From an uncultured Acidobacteriota bacterium (GTDB taxonomy: Bacteria > Acidobacteriota > Vicinamibacteria > Vicinamibacterales > UBA2999), in assembly GCA_963721715.1 (NCBI GenBank), contig CAVRKI010000001.1, positions 53,824 to 117,823 of the forward strand: DNA of 64,000 nucleotides, given 5' to 3'. The position numbers were made by a program, and so were the translations under genes. A model generated the notes under the pieces. That model was not told the origin of the DNA, did no database searches, and was given only the letters and a program-made list of their open reading frames with translations. Positions 59,924 to 64,000 of the stretch are shown in pieces. Numbering within the stretch: position 1 is the first letter of the stretch; each line of letters opens with the position of its first letter.

Positions 59924-60293
59924 GGGGCTCGCGCTCGGTAAAGGCGGCGCTTGCGCGCCGTAGGGACGAACAGGGCGGCGCTTGCGCGCCGTAGGAAAGA
60001 CCGACGGGGCGGCGCGTTGCGCCGTAGGGAAAGACGGGCCTCGCTGCGCTCGGTAGGCGGCACTGCGTGCCGTAGGGAACAGACGGGGCGGTGCTTCGCA
60101 CCGCAGCAGGCCTGCTGACTCGCTGGTCATCCTACCGAGCGAGGCGACCCGACGGCTGCCCGAAAACCTACATCGCGCCGGCGAGGCCTACCGCTCGCAG
60201 AGCGGCCCGGACGTCCTACCGAACGCAGTGAGGCCCTTACCGCCCGAAGGGCGGCCGGTCTTCCTTACCGAGCGCAGCGAGGCCTTGCTCTAC
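59924..60293. repeat. REP/BIME-like cluster: about 6 forward and about 7 inverted GC-rich hairpin units tagged by GTAGG / CCTAC
   Basis: Forward GTAGG at 59960, 59991, 60024, 60053 and 60072, each preceded by a hairpin such as CGGCGC-TTGC-GCGCCG. Inverted CCTAC/CTTAC at 60131, 60167, 60187, 60215, 60236, 60264 and 60289. The symmetry centre CAGCAGG|CCTGCTG is at about 60110. Confidence 0.8.
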
Positions 60294-60736
60294 GCTCCGA
60301 ACTGCCGCAGGTGATGGTCCGTGTGCCGCGCCATCAGCACGCCGTACTCCTTGTGCGACAGGTTGCCGAACGCCGGATGGGGCACGAGCTGGCTGTCGGA
60401 CGTGAGGTGACCAAGCCGCTCCATCCAGGCGTGGAAGTCGTGCTGTTCGGGTCGGAGCTCGGCGGTGGTCACGCGCGCAATCAGTTCGGGCGCCGTCGGG
60501 GCGCTCCTTGGAATTGGCAGGAGATACACGACCAGTTGCCGCAGCGGCGGATAGCGGAACGGCAGGTTCTTCGGCTTCACCGCCAGCTCCCCGGTCGCCA
60601 TGCGGAAGCTGTCGTTCAGGTGGGCAAGCATGCCGGCGACCGTCATCTTGCCCCATTGAGGTCGCGAGGCCGTGGTCAGCCGATCGACGCGGTCCTGCAT
60701 GGACTGGCGGACAGCGGGATCCCATATGGTTGGCAT
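60290..60736 (-). CDS. DinB-superfamily protein (DUF1569-like)
   Basis: ATG 60736 inside ORF 60290..61159. MPTIWDP..MLAHLNDSF..HTDHHLRQFGA, 148 aa. Confidence 0.75.
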   Translation of the reverse strand: MPTIWDPAVRQSMQDRVDRLTTASRPQWGKMTVAGMLAHLNDSFRMATGELAVKPKNLPFRYPPLRQLVVYLLPIPRSAPTAPELIARVTTAELRPEQHDFHAWMERLGHLTSDSQLVPHPAFGNLSHKEYGVLMARHTDHHLRQFGA

Positions 60737-60753
60737 TGGGGGATAGTAAGGCA

Positions 60754-60830
60754 GGCGGCGCTTCCGCGCCGTAGGATTGAAGGCCTCGCTTCGCTCGGTG
60801 GGAACGAGGGCCTCGATTCGCTCCTGTAGA
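60754..60830. repeat. three further REP-like units
   Basis: GGCGGCGCTTCCGCGCCGTAGG, GGCCTCGCTTCGCTCGGTGGG and GGCCTCGATTCGCTCCTGTAGA, in the 101-nt divergent spacer. Confidence 0.75.
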
Positions 60831-60837
60831 GAGGGAC

Positions 60838-61317
60838 GTGATGAATCAAGATGTGCTGGACGCCATTCGAACGTTGCTCGACACGGAGCGGGTGCTGAGC
60901 CTGGCCGTGGTCGTCGATGGCGAACCTGAAGCGGCCCTGCTGCCCTTTGCCGTCCGCGAGGACTATGGCGCGCTGCTCGTGCAGGCGTCGGCGCTGGCTC
61001 GCCACACGCGAGGACTGCACCCAGGCGCCACCGTCGGCGTCCTCGTGCACGCCAGCGACCACCCCGACCGCGATCCGATGCAGCTGCCGCGGTTGACCAT
61101 ACAGGCCACCGTGCGACCCTTCGAACGCTCCACCGAGCCATTCGCGGTGGCCGCGGCACGGTTCACGGCACGATTCCCTGCCGCGGCCGTCACGCTCGAC
61201 CTCGGCGACTTCACGCTCTACGAACTCACCCCGGGCCGCGGCCGTTACGTGGAAGGCTTCGCGCGCGCGTTCAACATCGGGCCGGAGACGTTTGGGGAAT
61301 TGAAGGCGGGGGACTAG
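60838..61317 (+). CDS. pyridoxamine 5'-phosphate oxidase-like FMN-binding (split-barrel) family protein
   Basis: Intact 159-aa ORF with good codon bias. The family call (HugZ/PNPOx-like) is tentative. Confidence 0.65.
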   Translation: MMNQDVLDAIRTLLDTERVLSLAVVVDGEPEAALLPFAVREDYGALLVQASALARHTRGLHPGATVGVLVHASDHPDRDPMQLPRLTIQATVRPFERSTEPFAVAAARFTARFPAAAVTLDLGDFTLYELTPGRGRYVEGFARAFNIGPETFGELKAGD

Positions 61318-61321
61318 AGGT

Positions 61322-61342
61322 GGGGCTTGGGGCTTGGGGCTG
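61322..61342. repeat. heptamer array family A (GGGGCTT GGGGCTT GGGGCTG)
   Basis: Starts 5 nt after the stop at 61317. Confidence 0.85.
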
Positions 61343-61353
61343 ACAGCCGGCCT

Positions 61354-61409
61354 CTGATTCCTGATTCCTAGTTCCTGATCCCCGATCCCTGGTCCCCGAT
61401 CCCTTCCCT
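61354..61409. repeat. heptamer array family B, 8 units (CTGATTC x2, CTAGTTC, CTGATCC, CCGATCC, CTGGTCC, CCGATCC, CTTCCCT)
   Basis: Strict 7-nt phase over 56 nt, upstream of ATG 61448. Confidence 0.85.
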
Positions 61410-61447
61410 TGACTCCATCCGCGCCTTCAGAGTTCACTCCACCTCAC

Positions 61448-62575
61448 ATGACGATCAGACACCTTGCCGCGGCAGCGATTCTCGTCGCGGCCGCGACCGC
61501 TGCTCCAGCCACGCTCGCACAGACCGCGGTCCCCGAAGGCCCGATCGGCCCCAGCCCCTACGACATCGTGCGCGGGTGGCAGAAGCCGTTCTCCGAACCG
61601 GGCTTCGCGTTCGGCGGCAACTCCGGCGTCTTCGCCGAATCGCCCGACCGCATCTTCATCGCGCAGCGCGGCGAGTTCCAGGTGCCCTCACCGACGCCGC
61701 CCGGATTCCTCGGCTTCGCCGGCTCGATCAAGTTCAACGTGCTGAACGCCGTCGACCGTCGGGTGTGGAAGAACTGCCTCTACACGCTTGACGCCAACGG
61801 CAATACCCGCGAACGGTGGACGCAGTGGGATCATCTCTGCGAGGGCTCGCCCGGGCCCGGCCCGCATCGGGTCCGCATCAGCCCCTACGATCGCGACCGA
61901 CGGGTCTGGGTGATCAACGAGACATTCCACACCATCTACATCTTCTCGAACGACGGCAAGCAGCTGCTGAAGACCCTGGGCGAGAAGAACGTCCCGGGCA
62001 GCGACGCCACGCACTTCGCGAAGCCCCAGGATGTCGCGTTCCTGCCCGACGGCCGGATCCTGATCGCCGACGGCCTCGACAATCACCGCGTGATGATTCT
62101 CGACCGCGACCTGAACTACCTGGCGGAGTTCGGCGGCCAGGGCAAAGGGCCTGGCCAGTTCAGCGGCGTCCACGCCGTCGCGGTAGGCCCGAACGGCTTG
62201 ATCTTCGCGCTCGATCGCTCCGGCGGGCGCATCAACGTCTTCCGGACCACGCCCGACCCGAAGAAGGTCGAGTTCGTGGACGCGTTCCCCGGCTTCTCCC
62301 TGCCGCTCGACATCATCGTCAACGACGACAGCCTGTGGATTACCGACCTGAAGCCGCTCCGCTTCGTGAAGCTGGACTTCAAGGGCAACCGGCTCTACAC
62401 GTGGCTGGTGCCGAGCGACCTGCCCGACGGCTACCTCGAAGTCCATGCGTTCTCGGTGGACTCCGCCGGCAATCTCTACGGCGGTGACAATCAGTACGGC
62501 CGCACGCAGAAGTTCGTGCCGAAGCCTGGCGCGGACCCGAAGCAGTTGATTCGCGCGCCCTGGCGGGCGAAGTAG
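61448..62575 (+). CDS. secreted NHL-repeat protein (peptidylglycine amidating-lyase-like beta-propeller)
   Basis: ATG 61448 gives MTIRHLAAAAILVAAATAAPATLAQ. NHL-like units: ILIADGLDNHRVMILD, GPGQFSGVHAVAVGPNG. Confidence 0.75.
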   Translation: MTIRHLAAAAILVAAATAAPATLAQTAVPEGPIGPSPYDIVRGWQKPFSEPGFAFGGNSGVFAESPDRIFIAQRGEFQVPSPTPPGFLGFAGSIKFNVLNAVDRRVWKNCLYTLDANGNTRERWTQWDHLCEGSPGPGPHRVRISPYDRDRRVWVINETFHTIYIFSNDGKQLLKTLGEKNVPGSDATHFAKPQDVAFLPDGRILIADGLDNHRVMILDRDLNYLAEFGGQGKGPGQFSGVHAVAVGPNGLIFALDRSGGRINVFRTTPDPKKVEFVDAFPGFSLPLDIIVNDDSLWITDLKPLRFVKLDFKGNRLYTWLVPSDLPDGYLEVHAFSVDSAGNLYGGDNQYGRTQKFVPKPGADPKQLIRAPWRAK

Positions 62576-62753
62576 GAAGACGGACTGCAATCGGGTCCAG
62601 GCGAGTTGGCCCGAGTGCCTGTTCACGCGAACGACGGTGGTGACCGGCCGTCCGACCAGTCTGCCGGTCGGCGCACCCGATCGCAATAGACGCGCGCGGC
62701 GGCTTGGTGCCACCGCGTGGTAGCGGCCCGCGGGCGACGGGCGTCAGCGCCGC

Positions 62754-64000
62754 TCAGTAGGCAATCGCATAGCAGTCGCGCCGCGGGTCGGCGCCGGCGA
62801 TCCGGTTGCCGCTGGCCGGGTCGATCAGCACCGCGGTGGCGCAGCCCGACATGCCGAACGTGCGAATGCGGCTGACGTCGTGGCCGCGCGCCTTGAGCGC
62901 GTTGAACACGTCATCGGGGATCGCGGCTTCCACGTTCAGCTTGTTGAACCCGCCCTCGTGCGGCCAGAACGAGCCGAGGAAGTGCAGCGTCTGCACGCGC
63001 GGACGCTCGAGCGCGGCGTGCAGGTTCGGATACCACGCGTCCCAGAACTCCACCGTGCTGAGGAAGGCCTGCAGAATGGTCTGATCCTGGTTGTCGCCGC
63101 CGGGCGTGCCCAGCGCCATCAGCGGCACGCCGTCCTTGAACACCAGTGACGGCGTCAGCGTGTAGCGCGGACGGGCGCGCGGGCGGATCTGATTGGCGCG
63201 CGTGGTGTCGAGGAAGAACTGCTCGCCGCGCACGCTCATGCCGATGCCGGTGTCGCCCAGGATCACCGCGCCGTTCACCCAGCCGCCGCTCGGCGTGGAG
63301 TCGAAGACGTTGCCGTCCTTGTCCACGATCGCGATGTGCGTGGTGTCCTTGCTGACGCCGGCCGAGTCGAGCCCGCGGGAGGCCAGCAGATCCGCCGCCG
63401 CAACCTCGCCGCGCGCGGCCGAAGGCACCGTCCCGTCCTTGACGTCCGCCTTCCAGTAGGTCCACTGCTTCACCTTCGAGTCGTGCTTCAGGGGGTCGCC
63501 CGCGATGAACGCCTTCGACGCGTGCGCCGGATCGATCAGCGCCGCGCGCTCCCTGGCGTAGGCCTTCGAGAGCAGCCCTTCGGCCGGCACCTGCACGAAC
63601 GCCGGATCCGCGTAGTAGGTGTCGCGGTCGGCGTAGGCCAGCTTCATCGCCTCCGTCACCGTGTGCAGGTAGTCGGCGCTGCCATACCCCATCTTCTGCA
63701 GATCGAACTGCTCGAGGATGTTGAGCGTCTGCAGCAGCATCGGCCCCTGGCTGCCGAAGCCGTGCTTGTAGACGGTGTAGCCGCGATAGCTGACCTGCGC
63801 GGGCGGTTCGATCCGCGCGTAGAACTCCGAGAAGTCGGACAGCTCGAATGGCGCCTCGTGCCTCTGCAGGAACGCCACCATCTCCTTCGCGATGTCGCCC
63901 TTGTAGAAGCGATCGCGGGCCGCGACGATGCCGGCCACGCGGCCCTTGGCCTTCGCGGCGCGTTCGGCATCCACCATGCGCGTCAACGTGCGCGCCAGGG
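62754..64000 (-). CDS. ggt: gamma-glutamyltransferase, C-terminal about 415 aa (5' end beyond window)
   Basis: Autoprocessing/nucleophile site SKDTTHIAIVD, GTPGGDNQDQ. The frame stays open to the window edge. Confidence 0.9.
   Translation of the reverse strand, partial: LARTLTRMVDAERAAKAKGRVAGIVAARDRFYKGDIAKEMVAFLQRHEAPFELSDFSEFYARIEPPAQVSYRGYTVYKHGFGSQGPMLLQTLNILEQFDLQKMGYGSADYLHTVTEAMKLAYADRDTYYADPAFVQVPAEGLLSKAYARERAALIDPAHASKAFIAGDPLKHDSKVKQWTYWKADVKDGTVPSAARGEVAAADLLASRGLDSAGVSKDTTHIAIVDKDGNVFDSTPSGGWVNGAVILGDTGIGMSVRGEQFFLDTTRANQIRPRARPRYTLTPSLVFKDGVPLMALGTPGGDNQDQTILQAFLSTVEFWDAWYPNLHAALERPRVQTLHFLGSFWPHEGGFNKLNVEAAIPDDVFNALKARGHDVSRIRTFGMSGCATAVLIDPASGNRIAGADPRRDCYAIAY

Noticed and set aside
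59801-60130. ORF 59801..60130 (-) with the repetitive peptide PTAR/PTAQ/PYGAQ.
   Set aside because: The periodic peptide is simply the translation of the tandem REP-like units. There is no start context or codon bias.
59924-60293. Possible CRISPR array in the repeat-rich spacer.
   Set aside because: The units vary in sequence and length (20-36 nt), abut each other without unique spacers, and flip orientation halfway. No cas genes are present. The pattern fits a REP/BIME-type cluster instead.

Overview
Very GC-rich chromosomal segment; third codon positions are almost always G/C. The gene content points to an Acidobacteriota-like soil bacterium (inference): a CarboxypepD_reg-type TonB receptor, DUF1800/DUF1501 and DUF1592/DUF1552 pairs, a TolB-propeller Ser/Thr kinase, and giant NHL/cadherin/FN3 exoproteins. 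I can support about 46 protein genes. They cover housekeeping (purE, purK, ada, selO, ggt, an aminotransferase) and many secreted hydrolases: two M16 peptidases, an S9 peptidase, a penicillin acylase, two metzincins, and PIG-L and CE4 deacetylases. There is also an arsenosugar arsS pair. I found no rRNA, tRNA, CRISPR, transposase, integrase or phage genes, and no clearly novel multi-gene system. Three sequence-level observations stand out. (1) 14 genes are broken by about 24 frameshifts, and nearly all are single extra bases. This looks more like consensus error than gene decay, so those genes are reported as full-span pseudogenes. (2) Many intergenic spacers are tiled by 7-nt tandem arrays of a few recurring families, resembling cyanobacterial STRR repeats. 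(3) A REP/BIME-like cluster of GTAGG-tagged hairpin units lies at 59.9-60.3 kb, with a smaller one at 60.75-60.83 kb. Junction and repeat coordinates were read by eye and may be off by 1-3 nt. All family calls come from motif recognition, not database searches.
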